Shown here one piece after another: positions 51,932-62,097 of a stretch of 64,000 nucleotides of DNA. The DNA is from an uncultured Erysipelotrichaceae bacterium (lineage in GTDB: Bacteria; Bacillota_I; Bacilli_A; Erysipelotrichales; Erysipelotrichaceae), in assembly GCA_934675465.1 (NCBI GenBank), contig CAKUQM010000001.1, positions 9,053 through 73,052 of the forward strand, written 5' to 3'. The notes beneath the pieces were generated by a model. It saw nothing but the letters and a program-made list of their open reading frames with translations, had not been told where the DNA came from and did not search any database. Each line of letters opens with the position of its first letter. Within the stretch, counting starts at the first letter, position 1. Both the position numbers and the translations under genes were made by a program.

Positions 51932-54028
51932 ATGACAAGACAGTATAGCTTAGAAAATACTAGAAATATCGGTATCATGGCTCACATCGATGCTGGTAAG
52001 ACAACTTGTACTGAACGTATTCTTTTCTTCACTGGTAAGACTCATAAGATCGGTGAAACACATGATGGTGCTTCACAAATGGACTGGATGGCTCAAGAAC
52101 AAGAAAGAGGTATCACTATCACTAGTGCTGCCACTACTACATTCTGGGCTGGTAAGGATCATCAATATCCTAAACATCGTATCAACATTATCGATACACC
52201 AGGACACGTTGACTTCACTGTAGAAGTTGAAAGATCTCTAAGAGTACTAGATGGTGCTGTTACTGTATTAGATGCTAAGGCAGGTGTTGAACCTCAAACT
52301 GAAACAGTATGGCGTCAAGCAACAACATATGGTGTTCCAAGAATTGTATTCTGTAACAAAATGGATGCTACAGGTGCTGACTTCTTAATGTCAGTTAGAT
52401 CAATCGGTAATAGATTAGCTGCTAAGGCTGCTGCAATCCAAATGCCAATTGGTGCTGAAAATACATTCAGAGGAATCATCGATCTTATTGAACGTAAACA
52501 ATATATATACAATAATGACCAAGGTACAGATATCACTTGTACTGAAATCGATGAACAATTCAAGGAAGAAGCTGAATTATTAAGAAGCGAACTTCTTGAA
52601 GTATTGTCAGAATATGATGATGAATTAATGGAAAAATTCCTTGAAGGCGAAGAAGTTGATATCGCATTAATCAAGAAGACAATTAGAAAAGCTGTTATCG
52701 GCGCTGATTTCTTCCCAGTATTATGTGGTTCTGCTTACAAGAACAAGGGTATCCAATTATTATTAGATGCTGTTATCGATTACCTACCTTCTCCACTAGA
52801 TGTACCATCTATTAAGGGTGTTACACTTGATGGTGCTGAAGAAGCTAGACATCCAAGTGACAGCGAACCATTCTCTGCATTAGCATTTAAGGTTATGACT
52901 GACCCATTCGTAGGTAGATTAACATACTTCAGAGTTTACTCTGGTGTTGCTACTGCTGGTAGTTATATATTAAATGCTACTAAGGATAAGAAAGAAAGAT
53001 TTGGTAGACTTGTACAAATGCATGCTAACCACCGTGCTGAAATTGAAGAAGTTGATGCTGGTGATATCGCTGCTGCTGTAGGTCTAAAAGATACTACTAC
53101 AGGTGATACATTATGTGATGAAAAGAACCCTATTATTCTTGAATCAATGGTATTTCCTGAACCAGTTATCCAAATGTCAGTTGAGCCAAAGACAAAGGCT
53201 GACTCTGATAAGATGGACATGGCTTTAGCTAAGTTAGCTGAAGAAGACCCAACTTTCAGAACATATACTGATGAAGAAACAGGACAAACTATCATCGCTG
53301 GTATGGGTGAACTTCACTTAGATATCATCGTAGATAGATTAAAGAGAGAATTCAAGGTTGAATGTAACATCGGTGCTCCACAAGTTGCCTTCAGAGAGAC
53401 AATCAGAAAAGCTGCTGACTGTGAAGGTAAGTTCGTTAGACAATCTGGTGGTAGAGGCCAATACGGTCACGTTTGGATCAAGTTTGAACCAAATGAAGAA
53501 GGTAAGGGCTTTGAATTCATCGACGCTGTTGTCGGCGGTTCTGTTCCAAGAGAATATATCAAGCCAACTCAAGAAGGTTTGGTTGCTGCATTAAACAACG
53601 GTCTAGTTGCTGGCTACCCAGTAGTTGACATCAAGGCTACATTGTTTGATGGTTCATACCACGAAGTCGACTCTTCAGAAATGGCGTTCAAGACTGCTGC
53701 TTCACTAGCATTAAAAGAAGCTGCTAAGAAGTGTGATCCAGTATTACTTGAACCTATCATGGACGTTGAAGTAACTGCACCAAGTGAATACTTAGGTTCA
53801 GTTATGGGTGATGTTACAAAAAGACGTGGTCAAATTAGAGACCAAGAAGAAAGAGGAAACGCTATCGTTATTAGAGCATACGTACCTCTATCTGAAATGT
53901 TCGGTTATGCTACTGACTTAAGATCATTCACTCAAGGTCGTGGTAACTACATGATGCAAATGGATCACTACTCAGAAGTTCCAAAGAGCATCGCTGAAAG
54001 TATTGCAAAGAAAAACGCTAAAGACTAA
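51932..54028 (+). CDS. fusA: elongation factor G
   Basis: 698 aa. [22 protein letters not shown]. Confidence 0.98.
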   Translation: MTRQYSLENTRNIGIMAHIDAGKTTCTERILFFTGKTHKIGETHDGASQMDWMAQEQERGITITSAATTTFWAGKDHQYPKHRINIIDTPGHVDFTVEVERSLRVLDGAVTVLDAKAGVEPQTETVWRQATTYGVPRIVFCNKMDATGADFLMSVRSIGNRLAAKAAAIQMPIGAENTFRGIIDLIERKQYIYNNDQGTDITCTEIDEQFKEEAELLRSELLEVLSEYDDELMEKFLEGEEVDIALIKKTIRKAVIGADFFPVLCGSAYKNKGIQLLLDAVIDYLPSPLDVPSIKGVTLDGAEEARHPSDSEPFSALAFKVMTDPFVGRLTYFRVYSGVATAGSYILNATKDKKERFGRLVQMHANHRAEIEEVDAGDIAAAVGLKDTTTGDTLCDEKNPIILESMVFPEPVIQMSVEPKTKADSDKMDMALAKLAEEDPTFRTYTDEETGQTIIAGMGELHLDIIVDRLKREFKVECNIGAPQVAFRETIRKAADCEGKFVRQSGGRGQYGHVWIKFEPNEEGKGFEFIDAVVGGSVPREYIKPTQEGLVAALNNGLVAGYPVVDIKATLFDGSYHEVDSSEMAFKTAASLALKEAAKKCDPVLLEPIMDVEVTAPSEYLGSVMGDVTKRRGQIRDQEERGNAIVIRAYVPLSEMFGYATDLRSFTQGRGNYMMQMDHYSEVPKSIAESIAKKNAKD

Positions 54029-54083
54029 TTGAATATTAGTACGTTTTATCTTAAAATTAATTTGCTAAACAGGAGGAAAACAA

Positions 54084-55283
54084 ATGGCAAAAGAAAAATT
54101 TGACCGTTCATTAGAACATGTCAATATTGGTACTATCGGTCACGTTGACCATGGTAAAACAACATTAACTGCTGCTATCACAAAAAGATTAGCTGAAAAG
54201 GGTCAAGCTGAATTCAAGGCATATGACCAAATCGATGGTGCTCCAGAAGAAAAAGCTAGAGGTATCACTATCAATACTGCACACGTTGAATATAAGACTG
54301 CAAAGAGACACTATGCTCACGTTGACTGCCCAGGACACGCTGACTATGTTAAGAACATGATCACTGGTGCTGCTCAAATGGATGGTGCTATCCTTGTTGT
54401 TGCTGCTACTGATGGACCAATGCCTCAAACTAGAGAACACATCTTACTTGCTAGACAAGTTGGTGTACCTAAAATTGTTGTATTCTTAAACAAGTGCGAT
54501 ATGGTTGATGATGAAGAATTAATCGACTTAGTTGAAATGGAAGTTAGAGAATTATTAGATGAATACGGATTTGACGGTGACAACTGCCCAATCATCAGAG
54601 GTTCAGCTCTTAAGGCTCTTGAAGGCGATCCAGCTTATGAAGCTAAGATTGATGAATTAATGGATGCTGTAGATGAATACATCCCATCACCTGCAAGAGA
54701 AATGGATAAGCCATTCTTAATGTCTGTAGAAGACGTATTCACAATCACTGGTCGTGGTACAGTTGCTACTGGTAGAGTAGAACGTGGTGTTGCTCACTTA
54801 AACGATGAAGTTGAAATCGTTGGTATCAAGCCTACAAGAAAGACAGTTATTACTGGTCTTGAAATGTTCAGAAAGCAATTAGACTTAGCTGAAGCAGGCG
54901 ATAACATCGGTGCATTACTTCGTGGTGTAAACAGAGATGAAATCGAAAGAGGACAAGTATTAGCTAAGCCTGGTACAGTTACTCCTCATACAAAGTTCAA
55001 GGCTCAAGTATACGTATTAACTAAAGAAGAAGGTGGTCGTCATACTCCATTCGTAGTAAACTACCGTCCACAATTCTATTTCCGTACTACTGACGTTACT
55101 GGTGTTGTTGAAGAAATCAAGGACAACAGTGGCGAACCAATGGAAATGGTAATGCCTGGTGATAACGTATTAATGACTGTTGAACTAATCGCTCCAATCG
55201 CTATTGAAAACGGTACTAAGTTCTCAATCAGAGAAGGCGGTAGAACAGTAGGTTCTGGTAACGTTACTGAAATCGTTAAATAA
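54084..55283 (+). CDS. tuf: elongation factor Tu
   Basis: 399 aa. [22 protein letters not shown]. Confidence 0.98.
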   Translation: MAKEKFDRSLEHVNIGTIGHVDHGKTTLTAAITKRLAEKGQAEFKAYDQIDGAPEEKARGITINTAHVEYKTAKRHYAHVDCPGHADYVKNMITGAAQMDGAILVVAATDGPMPQTREHILLARQVGVPKIVVFLNKCDMVDDEELIDLVEMEVRELLDEYGFDGDNCPIIRGSALKALEGDPAYEAKIDELMDAVDEYIPSPAREMDKPFLMSVEDVFTITGRGTVATGRVERGVAHLNDEVEIVGIKPTRKTVITGLEMFRKQLDLAEAGDNIGALLRGVNRDEIERGQVLAKPGTVTPHTKFKAQVYVLTKEEGGRHTPFVVNYRPQFYFRTTDVTGVVEEIKDNSGEPMEMVMPGDNVLMTVELIAPIAIENGTKFSIREGGRTVGSGNVTEIVK

Positions 55284-55309
55284 TTACTAATTGATTAATT
55301 AACTATATT

Positions 55310-55337
55310 AAAGGTTCACTACTAGTGAACCTTTTCT
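55310..55337. terminator. bidirectional terminator after tuf
   Basis: AAGGTTCAC-tacta-GTGAACCTT then TTCTT. It abuts the stop of the convergent gene. Confidence 0.75.
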
Positions 55338-55987
55338 TATTTAATCAAACTTTTAAAATCATCACGGACATAGATACAAGTATAATCTAATTCATTTTGA
55401 TAGGAAGCCAAAGTCACAAATATATCATGGATATGTATGACAGTAGGCTGAAATGTACCCTCTTTGAATTCTTTATCAAGAAATTGCACATATTGTCTAT
55501 TCACTTCATCATATACAATGCCTCTATCAAAGTAACCAACAAACTCCTTAGGTCCCATTACAATACAATAATAATAAGAAGTATGATTATCATCGATTTT
55601 TTTAAACACCGCAACAACATCATCTTTCTTTATGGTATCACCATACTTTACCTCTCTATTTTCCCATTGATTAAATAGAACATCCAAGTCATCGTCGTTT
55701 GTATATAAACCGCTTATCTCATATTCTATTTGTTTATTAACAGACGAAAATAGATTGCTTGTACATGATATTTCTAACTGATCACCATTTACATATGTCT
55801 TCTTCTTACTAGACAACTCACATGTATATAGACCGCCAACATATTCAACATCAATATCTACAAAACCATTCTCTATTCCTTGTATTGACACCTTTACATT
55901 CCACTTGTGAAACATCAACAAATATACAAAGACTAGAAAAATCACAATAACCGCAATCAACGCTTTATACTTCTTATTATTTATCAT
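55337..55987 (-). CDS. membrane-anchored protein, unknown function
   Basis: 216 aa. N-terminal TM/signal anchor. AAGGAG RBS. Confidence 0.6.
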   Translation of the reverse strand: MINNKKYKALIAVIVIFLVFVYLLMFHKWNVKVSIQGIENGFVDIDVEYVGGLYTCELSSKKKTYVNGDQLEISCTSNLFSSVNKQIEYEISGLYTNDDDLDVLFNQWENREVKYGDTIKKDDVVAVFKKIDDNHTSYYYCIVMGPKEFVGYFDRGIVYDEVNRQYVQFLDKEFKEGTFQPTVIHIHDIFVTLASYQNELDYTCIYVRDDFKSLIK

Positions 55988-56041
55988 ATGGTGTACTCCT
56001 TATAAGCACATTATATAGAAAAAAAAGACGCAGGCAATATT

Positions 56042-56080
56042 ATAAAAACCACACACGATAACGCACATAACCGTGTGTGG
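56042..56080 (-). terminator. intrinsic terminator-like hairpin in the intergenic region
   Basis: CCACACACG-n14-CGTGTGTGG followed by TTTTTATAAT on the minus strand. Confidence 0.6.
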
Positions 56081-56242
56081 CAATGCTTCTAACAAAGAGA
56101 TGTAGATATGACAATTTTAGTTAATAAAGGATGAGTCCAAATTACCCACGAATTCACTAAAAGTAGAAGCAACGTAATTATATCTTTTTGCCTTTATTCA
56201 TTCATTTACCATGACCGTGGCAATATTTTTAATAATTGCATA

Positions 56243-56274
56243 TATAAAAGCTCAAGTTAAATCATCTTGAGCTT
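56243..56274 (-). terminator. terminator after the cobW-cobW-ccdA operon
   Basis: AAGCTCAAG-n9-CTTGAGCTT then TTTTATAT on the minus strand. Confidence 0.7.
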
Positions 56275-56279
56275 CAAAT

Positions 56280-57383
56280 CTAATCTTCTTGTTCTTTAAC
56301 CTTATTAAGTAATGAATTCAAACCATCTTTATCATAAGCACCAGACACATAACCAAGTATCTTATTATCCTTCCCTGCTACAAACATAGTAGGATAACCA
56401 GATGGTCTAAATAGACTATATAAAGTATCATCATTATCAATAATTACTTGTAACTCAATACCTTGTTCTTTTATAAACTCTTTAATTTGTTCCTCACTTG
56501 CCCCAGAAGTATTTGATGACATTACATAGAAAGTCTTCACATCATCATTCTCTTTCGCAAAAGCCTGGTAATCAGGAATCTCCTTTATACAATAATGACA
56601 CCATGTCGCGATGAAATTTAAAGTAACATACTTATCCTTATAATCACTAAAGTTAATCACATTACCATCTTGATCAAAGAAATCACCACTAGGTAGTACA
56701 TTTTTATCTTCAACAGTAGTTGTATTATTACTACTTATCTTATTCAAATTCTTATAGCCATTCATAAAACTATATGAGCCATAAATAATAAGAATAACAC
56801 CCGCAATTACACTCACATACTTTAATACATGTTTCTTACTCTTAAGGTAAGTGACTACCTTACTTGTAAATAAGCCTGTAATAAAGAAAGGAATTAATAA
56901 ACCTAGGGAATATACCATTACATATAAGAAACCCGAAGCACTATTAGCGCCAATTAGAATGGCACTAGACAACATTGGACCTATACATGGTGACATTACA
57001 AGGGAAAAGACAAATCCCAATAGAAACGCCTTAAAATAGTTCATATTAGAGGTATCAAAATCTAAGGCTTTGTTGAAACCTGGAAGTTGGATCTTAAGTA
57101 TGCCCACTTCCTTTAAACCAAACAAGATTATTAAGATACCGCTAATCAAAGACACCATATCACTATATTTATCTAAGAAAGGCTTAATCGTATCAACTGC
57201 TAAAGCTAGTATCAAAAAGATTAAACTAAGTCCTAGGACAAAACATAATGAATTCAAGAAAACCTCTAACTTATTATCCTTCTTATCCGTTGCCAAATAT
57301 GACATATACAAGGGAATCATAGGAAGCACACAAGGTGACAAGAAAGACAACAAGCCCTCTATAAATAAACCTACTAAAGTCAT
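56280..57383 (-). CDS. CcdA/DsbD-type thiol-disulfide transporter fused to a thioredoxin-like (TlpA/ResA) domain
   Basis: 367 aa. CcdA motifs SPCVLP and SPCIGP in TM helices. The C-terminal domain carries WCHYC (CxxC). Confidence 0.8.
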   Translation of the reverse strand: MTLVGLFIEGLLSFLSPCVLPMIPLYMSYLATDKKDNKLEVFLNSLCFVLGLSLIFLILALAVDTIKPFLDKYSDMVSLISGILIILFGLKEVGILKIQLPGFNKALDFDTSNMNYFKAFLLGFVFSLVMSPCIGPMLSSAILIGANSASGFLYVMVYSLGLLIPFFITGLFTSKVVTYLKSKKHVLKYVSVIAGVILIIYGSYSFMNGYKNLNKISSNNTTTVEDKNVLPSGDFFDQDGNVINFSDYKDKYVTLNFIATWCHYCIKEIPDYQAFAKENDDVKTFYVMSSNTSGASEEQIKEFIKEQGIELQVIIDNDDTLYSLFRPSGYPTMFVAGKDNKILGYVSGAYDKDGLNSLLNKVKEQED

Positions 57384-58291
57384 TAGTTAAAAGTCACAAA
57401 CTCATCCTTAGGCTTATCAATCTCGCCAGCACTCTTACCCTCGATATAGATACGAACACCACCTCTTTCATTTCTAACCCTAAAGATACCTTCTACATGA
57501 TAATAGTGGCCCTCGATATATTCTCCATCAAGGTTAGTTACCATCATCGCTAAACGCTGTGTATCATTTGCACAACATACCATTGCGAATCTACCGAATG
57601 CCTTAGTTTTCTTATCTCCCTCATAATAGAAACCATTAAACTTTATAGGAGCGCCATCATACTTCTTGTAATTATCAATCGCATCCATGTAGAACAAGCC
57701 ATAATCAGCATCACTAATATCAAGATTATCCTTACTAAACAAATCATCCTTAGGCATCTCATACATATTGCCATTTTCATCTTCTAAACCAATAGCACAA
57801 TATTGATTCATACTCTTGATATTATTTCTTAAATACCTAAAGTCAGCACCCTCATAACGATTTAACACGATAATCTCGCACGCATTAACATGATTAAATA
57901 AGAACTGAGGCATATTAGTAACCTGTAACTTAAACTTAGACGCATCAATAGTACAAATTAATTGGGCAAACTCCATACCCAAAGGTAAGTCCATATTAAT
58001 CAAAGTCGCATCATCATCCATACCATTAAACTCAATAAAGAAACGATCAGGATTATAAATATCATCAAGTTCTAACAGTTTATTATCGTCAAAATCCTTA
58101 TAATCCATATAAACTACATTACTATTAGTTCTAGACAAGAATTCCTTATCATACTCTTCATCACCCTCTTCAAAAGAAATAATCAAAGTAGATTCTCCTT
58201 CTGTAAAACGTGGATCTGACAGAGTTCTCTTAATTGCCGTAGTCTTGCCAGAATCAAGAAAACCTGTAACCATATATATTGGTCTATCCAT
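57383..58291 (-). CDS. divergent G3E/CobW-like P-loop protein lacking CxCC, with a C-terminal domain carrying a VCCANDT motif
   Basis: ORF track gives 57383-58333. I prefer ATG 58291 (MDRPIYMVTGFLDSGKTT), 7 nt after AAAGAGG. The C-terminal FGRFAMVCCANDTQ resembles the CC-x2-D motif of DUF1980/YcgQ-type domains as I remember them. Confidence 0.6.
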   Translation of the reverse strand: MDRPIYMVTGFLDSGKTTAIKRTLSDPRFTEGESTLIISFEEGDEEYDKEFLSRTNSNVVYMDYKDFDDNKLLELDDIYNPDRFFIEFNGMDDDATLINMDLPLGMEFAQLICTIDASKFKLQVTNMPQFLFNHVNACEIIVLNRYEGADFRYLRNNIKSMNQYCAIGLEDENGNMYEMPKDDLFSKDNLDISDADYGLFYMDAIDNYKKYDGAPIKFNGFYYEGDKKTKAFGRFAMVCCANDTQRLAMMVTNLDGEYIEGHYYHVEGIFRVRNERGGVRIYIEGKSAGEIDKPKDEFVTFN

Positions 58292-59258
58292 GGAAAACCT
58301 CTTTATACTTATTTCTATCAATCTTTGTGCCAATAATAGAAACTAAAGAATCATCTCTTTTATCACCCAAATAAATATGATATTCATTTAAAACATAATT
58401 TAGATACAAAGTACCCTCGTTTGAATTAACATAACCCTTAATACGGATGATATCCTCATCAACATTAGACAAGATACTCTCAAGTTCTTCCTTAGTAAAC
58501 ACATAATCAGTTCTAATGATTTGATTCTTAAATACTTCATCATCATCGTCATCATCATGGTGGTGGTGATGATGTTCATGGTCATGGTCATGTTCACACT
58601 CATGGTCATGATGATGATGACCACAACAGCATTCATGATCGTGTTCATGATCATGATGGCATCCACACTCACACTCTTCCTCATGACCTGCCACAATCAA
58701 ATCCATAAGCTCTTCAATAGAATAAGACTCAATTGGCTTATCAATAACTAGCACATCATCATTAATCTCATGAATAATCTCTTTAGCAGCCTCTACCTTA
58801 TCACTAGCTACATCAACATGAGACAAGATAACCGCATTAGCTGCTTTAACCTGATCATCAAAGTATTCCTTAAAGTTCTTATGATACTTCTTACAAGTCT
58901 TAACATCCACAACACAAACATGAGAAACTACTCTAAAGTCCTCATCTTCTTTTACCACATTTAAAATATCTGATAACTTACCAACACCAGATGGTTCGAT
59001 AATCAAATCAGTTACATCCATATCCTCAATCTCTTCTAAAGCTGACTTAAAATCACCCTTTAAGGAACAACAGATACAACCATTATTAATCTCTTTTACA
59101 TTTAAAGCACTATCGAAGAAAGCTCCATCAACACCAACTTCACCAAATTCATTCTCTAGTAACATTACCTTAGAAAACTTCTTCTCGGTTAATAACTTTT
59201 GAATGAAAGTAGTCTTACCAGCACCCAAAAAGCCTGAAATAATATAAACATTTATCAT
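58284..59258 (-). CDS. COG0523 (CobW/ZigA/YeiR-like) metallochaperone GTPase with a His/Cys/Asp-rich tract
   Basis: 324 aa. GFLGAGKTT P-loop and CICCSLKGD (CxCC). The metal-binding tract is GHEEECECGCHHDHEHDHECCCGHHHHDHECEHDHDHEHHHHHHDDDDDDE. Confidence 0.85.
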   Translation of the reverse strand: MINVYIISGFLGAGKTTFIQKLLTEKKFSKVMLLENEFGEVGVDGAFFDSALNVKEINNGCICCSLKGDFKSALEEIEDMDVTDLIIEPSGVGKLSDILNVVKEDEDFRVVSHVCVVDVKTCKKYHKNFKEYFDDQVKAANAVILSHVDVASDKVEAAKEIIHEINDDVLVIDKPIESYSIEELMDLIVAGHEEECECGCHHDHEHDHECCCGHHHHDHECEHDHDHEHHHHHHDDDDDDEVFKNQIIRTDYVFTKEELESILSNVDEDIIRIKGYVNSNEGTLYLNYVLNEYHIYLGDKRDDSLVSIIGTKIDRNKYKEVFHG

Positions 59259-59376
59259 AAATATAAAACCTTCTTTCTTTACCTTTTATATTTTAACATC
59301 CTTGTAAAGATGGAAGTCCTTAATTACTCATTAGAGTGCTCCTATCTTTGAAGAAAAGAGTTTGCAGTCATAATCG

Positions 59377-59405
59377 TTTACAAGTATAGATGCTAATTTT
59401 ATAAT
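59377..59405 (+). promoter_or_regulatory. promoter of the secreted-protein/ABC operon
   Basis: TTTACA - 17 nt - TATAAT. Confidence 0.6.
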
Positions 59406-59463
59406 AAAAGCATAAATAGTAAATGTTGCAACATAACTATAAGTTTCAAAGGAGGAAAAAAGA

Positions 59464-59919
59464 ATGAAACTTTTCAAGATCTTATGTACAAGTTTATTAG
59501 TACTCACAATTTCAATGGTCATTCCAGCAAAAACTCTTTTTGCGGAAGAAGGAAATTACCAAATAATGCCGACAGGCTTAACAAAGCCTTTTAGTAAAAA
59601 TGGCAATAGATTTTCCGCTTATTCTGATGGGGTAAATGGATATGAGGTACAATTTTCTGTGTCAGGAACATACTATTATGGAGTAAATGGTCAAGGACAA
59701 CGATTTGCAAGAGATGTTAATGTAACAAGTTGCACATCTGGAGTAAATGATAATCATGGACCTCAAGACGGTAGTCATAATGCTAGAGTAGTACATACGG
59801 CAAATTACGTTTCATACTCTGGAAATTCAGCTTCAATTGTCGTTACATCAAGAGTTAAAGAAACGATTAATGGTACAGTTAAATATGTTAGTCATCGATA
59901 TGTCTTCTACTTGCCATGA
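59464..59919 (+). CDS. small secreted protein, unknown family
   Basis: 151 aa. Sec signal peptide (cleavage likely after LFA-EE). The Gly/Asn/Ser/Tyr/Val-rich mature part is about 125 aa with a single Cys. AGGAGG RBS. Confidence 0.7.
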   Translation: MKLFKILCTSLLVLTISMVIPAKTLFAEEGNYQIMPTGLTKPFSKNGNRFSAYSDGVNGYEVQFSVSGTYYYGVNGQGQRFARDVNVTSCTSGVNDNHGPQDGSHNARVVHTANYVSYSGNSASIVVTSRVKETINGTVKYVSHRYVFYLP

Positions 59920-61430
59920 TTACTAGAATTCTAAATTCAATAATACATAGAATTAGACAAACATCACTGCTTATAGTGGTGATGTTTGTTATTTCTTGTT
60001 TATTATTTACAAGCTATTTTTTTAAAAATATTGGTAATCAGGTTAAAAGTGGTTTTACCAAAAATGTAAATTCTCTAGTTGCTCTAAACAACAATCTCAC
60101 TCTTGGAAGATTAGATTTTGATATAAATACAGTACAAAAAGCAACAGAAGAATATTATTCTGATTTAACCAATATAAAAAACGAATTTAATCCAAAATAT
60201 ATTGATATAAATCTAAGAATGAACGGAAAGCTTATTAAAGCCTACAGTGATGTATATGGTCTTACTTTCAACTCTAATCCTTCAGAAGTTAAAGAAGCAA
60301 ACAAAAACGGTGATTATTTTAATATCTTTGAGATATCAGCATTTGATGAATACAAAAAAGGAAGATTAGATTATTATTCACCTTTTCCATTATATAGTTG
60401 TCAAAATAGTGACTTCTCGATTATTCACTATAAATACAATTATTATACATATCAAGAAGGTGAAGAAATTATAGTAAACTACTCAAAAATCAAAAAAGGA
60501 AGAACATTCAATGACCGCGAACTTGAAAAAGGAAGTTTGGTATGTGTGATTACACCTAACACTTATCAATATGTCGATGGCAAAATAAAAAAAGTAAATG
60601 TTGGTGATTATATTTCCTATTCAATAATGGAGACTAGTAACGGAAATATTGAAATATACAAAACATATGATTTAAAAGTAATTGGCATACTAAATGATGA
60701 TATCCACTATACGCCTAAAGGTACAAGTTTTAGTCAGGGTGCCATAATACCGGAAAAGCTATTTCTTGAAATGTATATGGAAGCCAACCAAGTAGATAAA
60801 GATGAGGCATACTATCTTTTTATGCCTGTTATAGCAACCCTTTCTGATTTTAAAGACATGGAAAAGTTTATCAACTACATGCAAGATTTAAACACGATAC
60901 AAGGAAAAAGCATCGATTATGAGACTTCTCTTGACACATATTATAGTTTTGCGGGACATATAGAAGCCATATCATATAATACTAGTTTCTTATTTAAATT
61001 CGCCTTAATCGCTACAATATTTTTATATATCTTAATAATTAATTTGGATTTAAATAGAAGAAGAAAAGAAATTGGCTTGCTCTCGTCTCTTGGACAAAGC
61101 AAAACATCAATAATGTTAGAACTTATTCTTCAGTATTTAATAATATCTATAATTGCCTTGATATTTGCGGTAGTAGTATCCCTTCTTATCAGCAAGTATC
61201 TTGTTGCCATATTTGAGAATATGGATTTCATAAGCAATTTTAACGTTGAAGACAAAATATTAGATTATACTGACGGCATAAACACCATTAATAACCTAAG
61301 AATAAATATTGATAATATACAAATACTAAAGATTTCAGGTATTGAAATCATTACCATTATCTTAAGCACAATCATCAGTGTATTGTCTATATTTACCATT
61401 AAAGTAAGAGAGGTCATGATAGATGAATAA
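59916..61430 (+). CDS. FtsX/MacB-type ABC transporter permease 1
   Basis: 504 aa. N-terminal TM, large extracytoplasmic domain, C-terminal three-TM FtsX module. 4-nt overlap with the upstream gene. Confidence 0.75.
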   Translation: MITRILNSIIHRIRQTSLLIVVMFVISCLLFTSYFFKNIGNQVKSGFTKNVNSLVALNNNLTLGRLDFDINTVQKATEEYYSDLTNIKNEFNPKYIDINLRMNGKLIKAYSDVYGLTFNSNPSEVKEANKNGDYFNIFEISAFDEYKKGRLDYYSPFPLYSCQNSDFSIIHYKYNYYTYQEGEEIIVNYSKIKKGRTFNDRELEKGSLVCVITPNTYQYVDGKIKKVNVGDYISYSIMETSNGNIEIYKTYDLKVIGILNDDIHYTPKGTSFSQGAIIPEKLFLEMYMEANQVDKDEAYYLFMPVIATLSDFKDMEKFINYMQDLNTIQGKSIDYETSLDTYYSFAGHIEAISYNTSFLFKFALIATIFLYILIINLDLNRRRKEIGLLSSLGQSKTSIMLELILQYLIISIIALIFAVVVSLLISKYLVAIFENMDFISNFNVEDKILDYTDGINTINNLRINIDNIQILKISGIEIITIILSTIISVLSIFTIKVREVMIDE

Positions 61431-62097
61431 AATACTTCAAATAAATAATCTTGATTATTATTATCAAGATGGACAAAACACAAGAACCATATTCAACAAT
61501 CTTAATTATGGTTTTGAAAAAGGTAAGTTTTATTCAATAGTAGGTGAATCGGGTTCTGGAAAAACAACTTTGTTAATACTTCTTGCTGGACTAGATGAGC
61601 CAAAAAAAGGTCAAATTCTTTTCAATGGCGAAAACATTAAAGAAATTGGCTACGACAACTACCATAGAAGAAACGTTCAAATTATCTTTCAAAATTATAA
61701 TTTGTTAAATTATTTAAATGCTTACGATAATGTCTTAACTGCCATTTCAATTTCTGATCCAAAAAGAAAAATTAGCAAGGAGATGTTAGACGAATATCTA
61801 AATACATTCGGTATCGACAAGACAAAAGCTAACCGAAAAGTAAATAAATTATCAGGTGGTGAACAACAACGTGTTGCGATTGCTCGTGCCATTGCCTGTA
61901 ATGGTGAAATAATACTAGCCGATGAACCAACAGGAAACCTAGACTACGATACTTCCTTAGCCATTATGAAACTATTTAGGCAATTAGTTGATGACTATGG
62001 CAAGACAGTTATTATGGTTACCCACAACAAAGAGCTGGCCAAGATGACTGATACCATTATCCATATAGATCAAAGAAACAAGAACATTTATGAATAA
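61423..62097 (+). CDS. ABC transporter ATP-binding protein (MacB/LolD-like)
   Basis: 224 aa. GESGSGKTT, LSGGEQQRV, ILADEPTGNLD. Confidence 0.9.
   Translation: MNKILQINNLDYYYQDGQNTRTIFNNLNYGFEKGKFYSIVGESGSGKTTLLILLAGLDEPKKGQILFNGENIKEIGYDNYHRRNVQIIFQNYNLLNYLNAYDNVLTAISISDPKRKISKEMLDEYLNTFGIDKTKANRKVNKLSGGEQQRVAIARAIACNGEIILADEPTGNLDYDTSLAIMKLFRQLVDDYGKTVIMVTHNKELAKMTDTIIHIDQRNKNIYE

Noticed and set aside
51990-53594. Several 77-119-aa ORFs in other frames or on the other strand inside fusA, and similar ones inside tuf, rpsG, glnN, arcA, arcC, the reductases and tgt.
   Set aside because: They are embedded in strongly supported conserved genes, have low-complexity or odd composition and have no RBS.
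58400-58751. Repetitive CAT/GAT/CAC DNA and two overlapping ORFs (58400-58696 minus, 58521-58751 plus); possible repeat array.
   Set aside because: The repetition is codon-level and encodes the His/Asp/Cys metal-binding tract of the COG0523 protein. There is no spacer-repeat periodicity, so it is not a CRISPR array or a satellite.
59361-59390. Zur box upstream of the COG0523 operon (GTCATAATCGTTTACAAG).
   Set aside because: The match to the TCGTAAT-n-ATTACGA palindrome is poor (about 4 of 7 in the second half-site, with the wrong spacing). This is not better than chance in AT-rich DNA.
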